A stretch of 64,000 nucleotides of DNA, taken from IMG/VR virus record IMGVR_UViG_3300029310_000398, positions 1 through 64,000 of that record. The stretch is one strand, 5' to 3'. This stretch comes from a virus. This document shows, piece after piece, positions 16,568 to 24,817 of the stretch. The position numbers and the translations under genes were made by a program. The notes below the pieces were generated by a model. The model searched no databases and had not been told where the DNA came from. It saw nothing but the letters and a program-made list of their open reading frames with translations. How positions within the stretch are numbered: the first letter of the stretch is position 1; each line of letters begins with the position of its first letter.

Positions 16568-17374
16568 ATGATAAGGACTGTTGAGATGCCTATTTTGCAT
16601 CGTGAAATCGCGGAGTTCCTCGACCCTCGCATCCATGAGGCTGCGCCGGGAACTCCGTCGTTTGCACTGCATGGTTTTCGCATCGACGACCGCGAGTATG
16701 TGATGGACTGCCTGCCCACCGTGGGACTCATGGTGGGCTACCGCATCGTCGAGACCGGTGAACTGGTTTCAGCGCTGCAGTTCGACAAGGGTGTTTCTGA
16801 GGAAAAACAGATTTTCCATGCGTTGCTGTTTGCACCTTGTGCGAAATATCTGGCGACGAAAAACTGCGTGTCTTCCCTGCCTGACGGGTCGTATGGTGAT
16901 ATTGAGTGCTTCTATATCATCTACAAAAACCCTGAGGCACGATGCTGGCTGCCTCGCTGTGAGACTCCTGTCATCGGGGCCGGCAATGCCGAGCAGCGAT
17001 TCACGACAGAAGTGCGGCTGAATACGATGGATGGCTTTGTAAGCTATCTGTATTTCGATTTCACAACCCGTGGCTCTTGCGGTACAAACTTCTTCAACTC
17101 CGTCTGCGAGAACGTCCAGCGTATGCTGCGTGAGGATTGGGACGCTCTGGCTGCCACCGTACCCGCCGTTTCTTACGATGCGGGAAGTGAAATTCTGTCC
17201 ATCCCCTTCTCGAATGTAAATGGCGATTATACGCTGATGGATTTCGAGAAGAAGTGGGCAGGGGCGCATGAGCTCACCTCACTGGTCACGTCGATTCGGC
17301 TGGTCAAAAACGACATCACACTGTATAAAGACAGTCGTTTCGATGCGCCGGAAGTGGAGGTCGTCCATGAGTAA
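16568..17374 (+). CDS. hypothetical protein (268 aa)
   Basis: GAAAGGAGAAAAAACT precedes ATG 16568. The track start at 16352 overlaps the previous gene and has no SD. Confidence 0.75.
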   Translation: MIRTVEMPILHREIAEFLDPRIHEAAPGTPSFALHGFRIDDREYVMDCLPTVGLMVGYRIVETGELVSALQFDKGVSEEKQIFHALLFAPCAKYLATKNCVSSLPDGSYGDIECFYIIYKNPEARCWLPRCETPVIGAGNAEQRFTTEVRLNTMDGFVSYLYFDFTTRGSCGTNFFNSVCENVQRMLREDWDALAATVPAVSYDAGSEILSIPFSNVNGDYTLMDFEKKWAGAHELTSLVTSIRLVKNDITLYKDSRFDAPEVEVVHE

Positions 17375-17600
17375 GAAGGCTGATGACCGCGTATACAAAG
17401 TCAAAATCCAGCGGCCAATCTTTCCTCCCGATGCTCCGTTTCTGGCAATGAGCGAGTGCGGCTGCATCCAGCCGACACTTCTTCAGGCAACACCGGAGCT
17501 GAAGGGCCTGCTTGGGGAAAGGCTGAAGGTGTATTGTGATTGCAAAATCGTGGACACAAAACTTGTCATCCTGCGGGAACGCACGGGCGACAACTGGTGA
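17367..17600 (+). CDS. hypothetical protein (77 aa)
   Basis: ATG 17367 overlaps the upstream stop by 8 nt, consistent with translational coupling. The track start at 17268 lies inside the previous gene. Confidence 0.6.
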   Translation: MSKKADDRVYKVKIQRPIFPPDAPFLAMSECGCIQPTLLQATPELKGLLGERLKVYCDCKIVDTKLVILRERTGDNW

Positions 17601-17612
17601 AAGGAGAAAGAT

Positions 17613-18197
17613 ATGGGACGTAAAGCAACTCGTTCCGCCGAAGAAATAGCCAAGGCAAAACGGGATATGTTCATCAGAACCGCCGAAAAGCGTGTCGGAC
17701 GTATTCTGGACGGTCTGGATATGCTGGAGTGCCTGTCTACCCGTTATAGCGGGTACTACACTGAGGAACAGGTCAATGCCATGTTCAGTGCCATCCGCAA
17801 GAAGGTGGATGAAGCCGAGAAGAGCTTCCGGACGAACGGGAAAACAAAGCTGTTTTCCTTTTCCGATGAATCCACTTCCTGCGGAGAGTTCAACCTCGAA
17901 GCCGGCGAGCGCATCGGTATCTCGTTGAAGGTCATCAATGACTGCAATATGAGCGTAGCACCCAATAAGCTGGAAGTTGAGACCTTCCCTGACGGCAGCG
18001 AACCGACTTACTATGAGCTATTCAACAGCGAAGGTATGCTTTGCTGCTGTGATGGCGAGGTCGTCACTGTGGTACGCACCGGCGTCGATAAAAATGGCGT
18101 CGAAGCTGCGTGGTTGTATGCCACTGACTCCAACGGTGAGACTGGGCCTGAGTTTTCTCTGCCCATTGAAGCTCTGAAGGTCGGCGTGTTCCGCTGA
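17613..18197 (+). CDS. hypothetical protein (194 aa)
   Basis: GAAAGGAGAAAGAT precedes the ATG. Basic N-terminal helical segment. Confidence 0.75.
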   Translation: MGRKATRSAEEIAKAKRDMFIRTAEKRVGRILDGLDMLECLSTRYSGYYTEEQVNAMFSAIRKKVDEAEKSFRTNGKTKLFSFSDESTSCGEFNLEAGERIGISLKVINDCNMSVAPNKLEVETFPDGSEPTYYELFNSEGMLCCCDGEVVTVVRTGVDKNGVEAAWLYATDSNGETGPEFSLPIEALKVGVFR

Positions 18198-18217
18198 AAA
18201 AGGAAAGGAGAAAAAGA

Positions 18218-19621
18218 ATGAATCATTTTTGCTACAACTCTCTATTCGGGTTTTCTGAGAAGAAGCTGAAAAAAATGGAAGACAACCACCGTATCGTAGT
18301 GGATGGCGACCTCATCGACTCTGCAAAGGCATACGAAGACATTATGCAGAGTGATGTTTTCAGGCATATATCATGCCGATTCGTCCCGGAGGGCGATGTA
18401 AAAAATAAGAGGGGCATCAGAATATACGATAACGTTTTTCGGGCCTATGTAAAGGAACGCGGCTACGTGCTGCCTACTTCCGAGGCGAGCGACGTTTTCT
18501 TTGCCGAGGCTGAGAAGGGCGTTGTCGTGAATGTGACTGCCACGGAACTGGCGGAGCGCTATATTCGTGAACGGCTGCATCAGACCAAGGAAAAGCTCAT
18601 TCCTTTGTCTATGCTTGAGCTTCACCTCCTGCTGGTCATGGGCATCTGCAGCATAAAGGACGGCAAGCCGTTTGGCAAGGACGGGAAGTGGCTGAATGGC
18701 TACATCAATGTCTACAATGCTGCGACCTTCCCTGATTTGGTTTGCTACATCACCGGCAAGGATTGCAGAGTGGCGCCGTTTGCCTCGTACACATGGAACG
18801 AAATTCTCGCCGTGTGTGAAGGCAACAACAATCTGGCTGTTCGGGTATTCAACGCGCTTCGGGAGGATGCGACACACTCATGGACTCCTGAGGGAGTCGT
18901 TGCTTTCTTCACCGATTTAGGCATGGAGGACAGTGCCGGTGAGGATGACGACGAGGACAACCTCATCCACGTGGAGAAGCACTACGAGGTCTCTGACGGT
19001 CTGGCGAAGGCACTCGGTTACAAGGGCGACCTGTTCACCATGGACGTTGCGGATTTCAACCGTGTCTCTTCGCGGCTGGGGAACCTGCACTGCCTCGTCG
19101 AAGCCATCCCTGAAATCATCCATGACAGAGACTTCAGCCGGTTTTCTTCCATGAGCATGAACGGCTACTGGAACGTGCTTCTGAATTTGGCGCTGACCAA
19201 TCTCATTGAGGACCTGCGTATCCATGCTATTGCACGTAACTCCGATACTGGCGTTGTCATTGATGTCGATGGCAAGAAGCAGGAAGTCACTGGCGGCAAG
19301 AATACCTCCAAGGAGGAGTCATCGGAAAGTGAAGCCTTCTGGGACTTCAAGACCATTTGGCTGTACTGCCGAACGGCTGATTTTGCCAAGTCAAAGGACC
19401 GTGAGATGTTGCGGACTCTTTGGGACAATATGGTTGAGGACCAGCACATCGTTCCAAAGAGCGCTGAGTACAAGCTGCTGCTTGTTAAGCTCTGGGGCAT
19501 CTTGAATGCCGAAGAAACCGATGGACATATCACTGCCGGCAATCGCCCCACTCTTATCCGCAATCGTTTTTTCGGATTCTGGGATGATTTTGCCAAGTTC
19601 ATGGGTGAGCATCTTTCCTGA
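18218..19621 (+). CDS. hypothetical protein (467 aa), last gene of cassette 4
   Basis: GGAAAGGAGAAAAAGA precedes the ATG. Long clean ORF. Confidence 0.8.
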   Translation: MNHFCYNSLFGFSEKKLKKMEDNHRIVVDGDLIDSAKAYEDIMQSDVFRHISCRFVPEGDVKNKRGIRIYDNVFRAYVKERGYVLPTSEASDVFFAEAEKGVVVNVTATELAERYIRERLHQTKEKLIPLSMLELHLLLVMGICSIKDGKPFGKDGKWLNGYINVYNAATFPDLVCYITGKDCRVAPFASYTWNEILAVCEGNNNLAVRVFNALREDATHSWTPEGVVAFFTDLGMEDSAGEDDDEDNLIHVEKHYEVSDGLAKALGYKGDLFTMDVADFNRVSSRLGNLHCLVEAIPEIIHDRDFSRFSSMSMNGYWNVLLNLALTNLIEDLRIHAIARNSDTGVVIDVDGKKQEVTGGKNTSKEESSESEAFWDFKTIWLYCRTADFAKSKDREMLRTLWDNMVEDQHIVPKSAEYKLLLVKLWGILNAEETDGHITAGNRPTLIRNRFFGFWDDFAKFMGEHLS

Positions 19622-19657
19622 AAACTTTTCACAGCAAAGCACTGATTTTTCCACTAA

Positions 19658-19688
19658 GAAAAGCTCCTTCGGGGGCTTTTCTTTTTTT
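19658..19688 (+). terminator. intrinsic terminator closing cassette 4
   Basis: GAAAAGCTCC-TTCG-GGGGCTTTTC followed by TTTTTTT. Confidence 0.85.
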
Positions 19689-19775
19689 CTCAATTTTTGC
19701 TGAATTTGAAAGAAAGAAAACGCTCGAAAATGGCTTGGTTATGCGGTTTTCATGGACTATGTTTGTTCCTGTTCT

Positions 19776-19887
19776 CCCGACTAAAATCTCAAATTTTTAT
19801 TCGGTTTTTCCCGACTAAAGTTTAGTTCTTATAACTCTGATTTCCCGACTAAAATTGCAATTTGAAAATTCGGAAATCCCGACTAAA
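19776..19887. repeat. four direct CCCGACTAAA iterons with exact 34-bp phasing
   Basis: CCCGACTAAA occurs at 19776, 19810, 19844 and 19878. Each copy is preceded by a T/A-rich run. The array sits in a 250-bp non-coding gap just upstream of module copy 5. Confidence 0.85.
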
Positions 19888-19936
19888 ATCAAAAAACAGT
19901 GCAAATGTAATAAACGCAATTTGGTGCCTAAAATGA

Positions 19937-20115
19937 TTGACAAAATATCAAACTGTGGTAGTATAGAATTATAATTACGAAGCTATTTTTATAAAGGAGA
20001 TTATCTCCGTTTTCCAAGTCACCACATAAATTCAGACAGTTATCCCAATCTTGGGGTAGCTGTCTTTTTTTATATATTTATTGCATTTTTCGACAACAAA
20101 GAAAGGAGAAACACC
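19937..20115 (+). promoter_or_regulatory. Promoter-leader-terminator module, copy 5 (heads cassette 5)
   Basis: -35 at 19937-19942, TAGTAT 19959-19964, TATAAT 19970-19975. Small hairpin 19996-20008. Leader terminator 20034-20065 with T-run to 20071. This copy lacks the CCCGTAAG..GGGA block and has a plain GAAAGGAGAAA RBS. Confidence 0.8.
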
Positions 20116-20298
20116 ATGAAGTACAAGAAGCTCACCAAACATGAGCGAGACACGCACCCGTCCATTCACTGTACGGGCAGCGTGCGCGGCATGAAGGAAC
20201 GTGGGTTGTGGGACAAGGATGCCGAGTGTGTTCGCTGCGGCAACCACATCTACAACCTGTCCGTTACCATCCCGCCCTACCCTGCTGATGGCTGCTGA
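20116..20298 (+). CDS. hypothetical protein (60 aa)
   Basis: GAAAGGAGAAACACC precedes the ATG. Contains C..(n)..CVRCG cysteines. Confidence 0.65.
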   Translation: MKYKKLTKHERDTHPSIHCTGSVRGMKERGLWDKDAECVRCGNHIYNLSVTIPPYPADGC

Positions 20299-20331
20299 TG
20301 CAATCGACTTCAAAAGAAAGGAGAAATTATT

Positions 20332-20637
20332 ATGAATACATCTACGCTGCATTTCATCGACTGCACTCTGTCCACGTATCGGAACGAGCTGCTGTTCAAC
20401 CCTTCCAACAAGATGCCTGCCCGTGAGGTCAACGACGCACTGAGCAAGCTACTGGAGCTGCCGGAGGTCTGCGGTAAGGTGCGCGATACCCTGACCACCC
20501 ACCTGAACGACCGGCGTGGCTATGCCCGTGATTTGAGCAAGCCCGCGCCCACTGTCGCCGAGGTGATTACGTCCATGGAGTTCGCACTGGGTGCCGCATA
20601 TGCGGCAGCAATGAAGAAGAGAGGTGAGCAGAAGTGA
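20332..20637 (+). CDS. hypothetical protein (101 aa)
   Basis: GAAAGGAGAAATTATT precedes the ATG. Confidence 0.7.
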   Translation: MNTSTLHFIDCTLSTYRNELLFNPSNKMPAREVNDALSKLLELPEVCGKVRDTLTTHLNDRRGYARDLSKPAPTVAEVITSMEFALGAAYAAAMKKRGEQK

Positions 20638-20843
20638 GTAAGCATCGTTGGACTATCGAGGAACTGAAGAACGTCAATGACGCTCAGTTCGCTATGGCGA
20701 TTCTGATGGAACGCCGCAGTGAGTTATCGAATCCCTACACCCCGTTCGCACAGCGCCTTACCAGCGTCATCAATACGCTGACGGACATGGCTGTGGATGG
20801 CGGGCTGACAGACGAAGAAAGGAGTAAGAACAATGGCCGCTGA
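20634..20843 (+). CDS. hypothetical protein (69 aa); donor of the duplicated C-terminal tail
   Basis: GAGGTGAGCAGAA precedes GTG 20634. Its C-terminal 35 aa (YTPFAQRLTSV.NTLTDMAVDGGLTDEERSKNNG) recur at the end of the next gene. Confidence 0.65.
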   Translation: MSKHRWTIEELKNVNDAQFAMAILMERRSELSNPYTPFAQRLTSVINTLTDMAVDGGLTDEERSKNNGR

Positions 20844-21619
20844 AATGAGACTTTACCGCGTAACGGTTATCGGCAGCAATGCCGAAAGGAAGCGCGGAAA
20901 AGTGGTGGAAGAGGTCACAGTCAAGGTCGGAACCAAGTGGCTGACGGACGATAACGGTCGGCGTTACTACAAGGTGCCGCTTGAGGACGCAAACCGAAAC
21001 CTCTACTTCCAGCTCAACACCATGTACTGCATGGACTACCGGCTGTATCAGACAGAGCAGGCCGCCAAGGATTACCTTCGGCAAGCGGAACTGCGTGTGG
21101 CGCTTTGCAAGGCGGTGAGCAATTTCGGCTTCAACGCTCCCCTGCCTGTGCTGGAGAAGGTCATGGATACGCTGAAATACACCCCGTTCGCACAGCGTCT
21201 CACCAGCGTCTTCAATACGCTGACGGACATGGCTGTGGATGGCGGGTTGACGGACGAAGAAAGGAGCAAGAACAATGGCTGTTGAGATGAGACTCTACCG
21301 CGTGCCTATTATCGGTAGTAATGCCGAACGGCGGCACGGAAAGGTGGTGGATGAGGTCACGGTCAAGGTTGGAACCAAGTGGCTGACAGACAATAGAGAC
21401 TGTCGATACTACAAGGCTCCTTCCGAAGATGCGAACAGAAATCCCTATTTCCAGCAGAACTCCATGTACTGGAGTACAGATTACCGGCTGTATCAGACGG
21501 AACAGGCTGCCAAGGACTATCACCATCAGGCGGAATTGCTCATAGCTCTTCGCAGAGCCGTTGGCGACTTCGGCTTCAACGCCCCGTTGACCGTGCTGGA
21601 GAAGGTCATGGACACTCTC
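20736..21619 (+). repeat. tandem segmental duplication, 2 x 442 bp
   Basis: Unit 1 (20736-21177) and unit 2 (21178-about 21619) both begin TACACCCCGTTCGCACAGCG. By eye they align at roughly 85-90% identity at the ends and less in the middle. Confidence 0.8.
20833..21285 (+). CDS. hypothetical protein (150 aa), paralog A with a grafted tail
   Basis: GAAAGGAGTAAGAACA precedes the ATG. Residues 1-115 are paralogous to 21275-21643. The tail duplicates the C-terminus of 20634-20843. Confidence 0.7.
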   Translation: MAAEMRLYRVTVIGSNAERKRGKVVEEVTVKVGTKWLTDDNGRRYYKVPLEDANRNLYFQLNTMYCMDYRLYQTEQAAKDYLRQAELRVALCKAVSNFGFNAPLPVLEKVMDTLKYTPFAQRLTSVFNTLTDMAVDGGLTDEERSKNNGC

Positions 21620-21643
21620 AAGGAAGGCGGATGCTTGAAATGA
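21275..21643 (+). CDS. hypothetical protein (122 aa), paralog B
   Basis: GAAAGGAGCAAGAACA precedes the ATG. The opening MAVEMRLYRVPIIGSNAER.. parallels MAAEMRLYRVTVIGSNAER.. Confidence 0.7.
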   Translation: MAVEMRLYRVPIIGSNAERRHGKVVDEVTVKVGTKWLTDNRDCRYYKAPSEDANRNPYFQQNSMYWSTDYRLYQTEQAAKDYHHQAELLIALRRAVGDFGFNAPLTVLEKVMDTLKEGGCLK

Positions 21644-22419
21644 GTACAAAAATCTTTGACGCTTGGCGTATCAACTCTACCGACATCGGGGAGTTGGTCA
21701 AGCTCGGCAATGAGATTCGGGAAGTGCAGCAGAAGTCCTTCGTGGACGCTGTCTACAACTCGCTCGATTTCTGCCAGCTCGCTATCATCTTCGCCAAAAG
21801 GTCTGTAGAGAATGTCGAGGAACTCAGGCCTGTTTTTGCGTCAATCGCCGCGAACGTCGTTCACAAGTGTGTTCTGATGTACGACTGGACGCCGTCTTTC
21901 ACGATGACGGATAACGCCAAAAGCTCTGCGGAACAGATTCTGCAGAAGGAGGCTCAGAAACGGAAGATTTCATTGACAGTAGAGCAGAAGAAAAATTTGC
22001 TCGACGTTATCACTGAAATCTACGAAATCGTCTCCCGTGATTGGCAGGCGTCACTGCTGTTCCTCAGGGGCGATAATGGCAGTACCTACATGAAAGGGTT
22101 CAATCTCACCAGAGAAGCGACCCATTTCATCGACTCCCAATATCCCCGCTTTGAGTACACCGACCAGACGGAGATGAATATTTCAGACTTCAACGAGTAC
22201 ACACGGCAGTACATTGACGCTGCAAAGACGGAAGAAGAACGCTATGAGAGGCTCTTGGAGGCCCAGCACGAACGTGGAGAACTGTGGGACAAAGCATTCG
22301 CAGGCCAAAGTGTATGGCGCGATGCCGGTCTCTCCATCTCCCTTGTGCCGGCACAGCTTCAGGAACAGTTCGTGGCTATTCATTCCATCTGCAAAAAGGT
22401 GTTCGGTGTCGAAGCCTGA
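21631..22419 (+). CDS. hypothetical protein (262 aa)
   Basis: ATG 21631 overlaps the upstream gene end; ATG 21640 is an alternative. Long clean ORF. Confidence 0.7.
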   Translation: MLEMSTKIFDAWRINSTDIGELVKLGNEIREVQQKSFVDAVYNSLDFCQLAIIFAKRSVENVEELRPVFASIAANVVHKCVLMYDWTPSFTMTDNAKSSAEQILQKEAQKRKISLTVEQKKNLLDVITEIYEIVSRDWQASLLFLRGDNGSTYMKGFNLTREATHFIDSQYPRFEYTDQTEMNISDFNEYTRQYIDAAKTEEERYERLLEAQHERGELWDKAFAGQSVWRDAGLSISLVPAQLQEQFVAIHSICKKVFGVEA

Positions 22420-22443
22420 CGAAAAAAAGAAAGGAGAAAAATC

Positions 22444-23085
22444 ATGGAGAATAACCAAAAAAACGCTGCGGAGGTCAAGACCAGCGTCCCTGACCTGATT
22501 CCGTCCAACTACCGCGAAAAGGCAGAAGCACTGGGCTGGGTCATCGACGAGGACAAGGTCTGTGGTGTGTTCACGTTCAGGCAGTGGTCGCCTGCCGGCG
22601 AGGACTATTCCTTCGACCTGTACGCCGACGATGACTTCTGCGACGGTGTGGCTGCTGCGGTGCGCCGTGTCTACGATGACTTTGACATCGACGAACACGT
22701 TGGACTGTTCGCAGAGGCTTCTATGAGAGGTGAGTCCGGCGTTCCGAAGCTGTCGATTCTTGTCGATGACGCTAAGGAAATCGACGAGATGCTTCTCACG
22801 CTCGCCGAAGCGTTTGAAGACATCGAATCTGATACATCAGAGCGGGAGCAGAAGGCATATACCCGCTGCTGCCCCAACTGTGGTGGCGTATCTTTCTCTG
22901 GTCATCAGGTCCTCCACATTGATGTGTTGGTTGACATCGAAACGGGAGATTTCCTCGGAAATATCAACGACGAAATCGAATCTAACATCTACGAGTCGTC
23001 TGACCCCTACGGTCCATATCACTGCATGACCTGCGGATTTGAATGCGACAACCTTTCCGAGCTGGAAAAGAGCGAGGTGGAGTAA
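22444..23085 (+). CDS. acidic hypothetical protein (213 aa) with a C-terminal zinc ribbon
   Basis: GAAAGGAGAAAAATC precedes the ATG. Contains CCPNCGG....YHCMTCGFEC. Confidence 0.75.
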   Translation: MENNQKNAAEVKTSVPDLIPSNYREKAEALGWVIDEDKVCGVFTFRQWSPAGEDYSFDLYADDDFCDGVAAAVRRVYDDFDIDEHVGLFAEASMRGESGVPKLSILVDDAKEIDEMLLTLAEAFEDIESDTSEREQKAYTRCCPNCGGVSFSGHQVLHIDVLVDIETGDFLGNINDEIESNIYESSDPYGPYHCMTCGFECDNLSELEKSEVE

Positions 23086-23090
23086 CTCTA

Positions 23091-23252
23091 ATGTCGATTA
23101 TTCTTTACTTCGCACTGACCATTCTCGTGATGTGCGGCATATTCCTTGGCATAAGGAGACTGGACACACAGGACCTCTTGCCGCCAATCATCTGCAGCGT
23201 TTCTGTGGGCGTTATTATGGTGGAACTGTTCGCCCTTGTTCGGTGGTATTAA
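23091..23252 (+). CDS. small membrane protein (53 aa)
   Basis: ATG 23091 lies 6 nt after the upstream stop. Two hydrophobic segments. The track start at 23043 lies inside the previous gene. Confidence 0.5.
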   Translation: MSIILYFALTILVMCGIFLGIRRLDTQDLLPPIICSVSVGVIMVELFALVRWY

Positions 23253-23266
23253 CGGAGGTGAAGGAC

Positions 23267-23443
23267 GTGTTCAAAATGCTGACGAACCCCTTGTTTATAG
23301 CCTATGTCGTTCTTATCATCGCCGCAATGGTCGTCTCAGTCATAGCCGCAAAAAAATCAGACCAGCCAGAAATGCTTCCGGCTGCCTTTGGTACTATTGC
23401 GCTCACCATCGTTTTGGTTATTGTAGCGGTCATAACCGGTTAA
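23267..23443 (+). CDS. small membrane protein (58 aa)
   Basis: GGAGGTG lies 6 nt before GTG 23267. Two hydrophobic helices: LFIAYVVLIIAAMVVSVIAA and AAFGTIALTIVLVIVAVITG. Confidence 0.55.
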   Translation: MFKMLTNPLFIAYVVLIIAAMVVSVIAAKKSDQPEMLPAAFGTIALTIVLVIVAVITG

Positions 23444-23511
23444 ATTAAAGCCAGCGGGAGGGGCGCTCTGCCTCTCCCCTGCTTAAAAAAGAAAAGGAAG
23501 GAGATATTCGA

Positions 23512-23730
23512 ATGGCATACAGCATTGCTGAAATCGCGGCCATCAAAGCGGAGTATCCCGCAGGCACAAGAATCAGACTGAAACACATGGACGAAAGCAA
23601 GTTTCCTGTGGCAGACGGCACGACCGGTAAAGTCACTTATGTGGACGATAACGGCCAGATTCATATGCGTTGGGATAATGGCCGCACGCTGCCGCTCGTT
23701 CCGGGCGTCGATGATTTCGACAAAATCTGA
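23512..23730 (+). CDS. DUF4314-like small protein (72 aa)
   Basis: AAAGGAAGGAGATATTCGA precedes the ATG. The pattern G.R..L..M.....V..GT.G.V..VDD.GQIH..WDNG..L resembles DUF4314 of Firmicutes conjugative elements (recall only). Confidence 0.4.
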   Translation: MAYSIAEIAAIKAEYPAGTRIRLKHMDESKFPVADGTTGKVTYVDDNGQIHMRWDNGRTLPLVPGVDDFDKI

Positions 23731-23762
23731 GCTGTTTTTTTCAAAAAGAAAGGAGAAAAATT

Positions 23763-24803
23763 ATGGGTAATACATCTATCGGAGCCGCTGCATCTTTCTG
23801 CAACGAGAACACGCTGGTCAAGGTCTACCGCTATAATCCTAAGTACGACAGGTTCGAGACGACCTTCGTTCCTTTCAAGGACATCCGCAAGAGCGATTCT
23901 GTGAGCGTCTTTGCCAGTGATGGGCACGAGATGCACTTTTCCGTTCTCACAAATGCTTCTTTTAAGAAGGACGAGCGATACGGGAACGAGTGCGGTTGGT
24001 CTGTGAAAGTCACTGAGGACGGCGGCAAGACGGAGATGGTTCTTCGTCCCACCGATTTCGCGCCCTACATCATCAGCCTTTCCGTTACCGACGAAGGAGA
24101 GTGGCGCGGCTGCCGGCTGCTTTTCGAAAGCGTCCTCAACGACACCGAAGCTATCGTCAACAATATGCGGGCGCGATTCGAGCCGCGTGTTGCGCCGGAA
24201 AACACCTGCGGGCGGCATTCCGACACAGTTGCGGCCATGGCGAAGAGAGACCTTACTCGTGAGTGGACGGAGCAGTTCGGCTTCCGGCTCATTTCGGACA
24301 GCGTAAACTTCGCCCAGTGCAGTGTGAAGGACATTCTCTCTGATAAGTTCTTCAATCCCCCTGCCATGGAGTTGACGTTCTTCGCCTATTCCGACGGCGA
24401 GTATTCAGCGTCCCCCCTGTTCTTTGCCAAACTGCCCGATTTGGGCGAACGGTACAACAAGCCTGAGGGACGTGCTGCAATCGCAGAACTGCTGCAGAAG
24501 CTGGATGAGATGTACGGCGACCTGCCTGAAGACACAACAAAATGGGCTCTGGAGTATCAGCTTTGGGCTCGTATGCTGCTGGCAGAAGGTGCGGTCATGC
24601 TGAATCCGAAGCACCTCGACCTCCCCGACTGCGCCTACGAATTCAAAACGCTGGCTTTCGGTAATAAAATGCTGAAAGACAGCGGTGACGGTATTGCGTG
24701 GGCAAAGGCTGTCAAAACACCTATCAGCGTAATCGCCGAGGCGTGGGAGAATGACATGAGCGAGTCCGGCGATGAGGCTTTTACCTGCATCGTGACGGGC
24801 TGA
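23763..24803 (+). CDS. hypothetical protein (346 aa), paralog 1 of a tandem pair
   Basis: GAAAGGAGAAAAATT precedes the ATG. It shares FFAKLP.LG....PEG......L.KLDE.YGDLP..T..W.LEYQLWARMLL.EGAVMLNPK with the next gene. Confidence 0.8.
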   Translation: MGNTSIGAAASFCNENTLVKVYRYNPKYDRFETTFVPFKDIRKSDSVSVFASDGHEMHFSVLTNASFKKDERYGNECGWSVKVTEDGGKTEMVLRPTDFAPYIISLSVTDEGEWRGCRLLFESVLNDTEAIVNNMRARFEPRVAPENTCGRHSDTVAAMAKRDLTREWTEQFGFRLISDSVNFAQCSVKDILSDKFFNPPAMELTFFAYSDGEYSASPLFFAKLPDLGERYNKPEGRAAIAELLQKLDEMYGDLPEDTTKWALEYQLWARMLLAEGAVMLNPKHLDLPDCAYEFKTLAFGNKMLKDSGDGIAWAKAVKTPISVIAEAWENDMSESGDEAFTCIVTG

Positions 24804-24817
24804 AAGGAGAAAAACAT

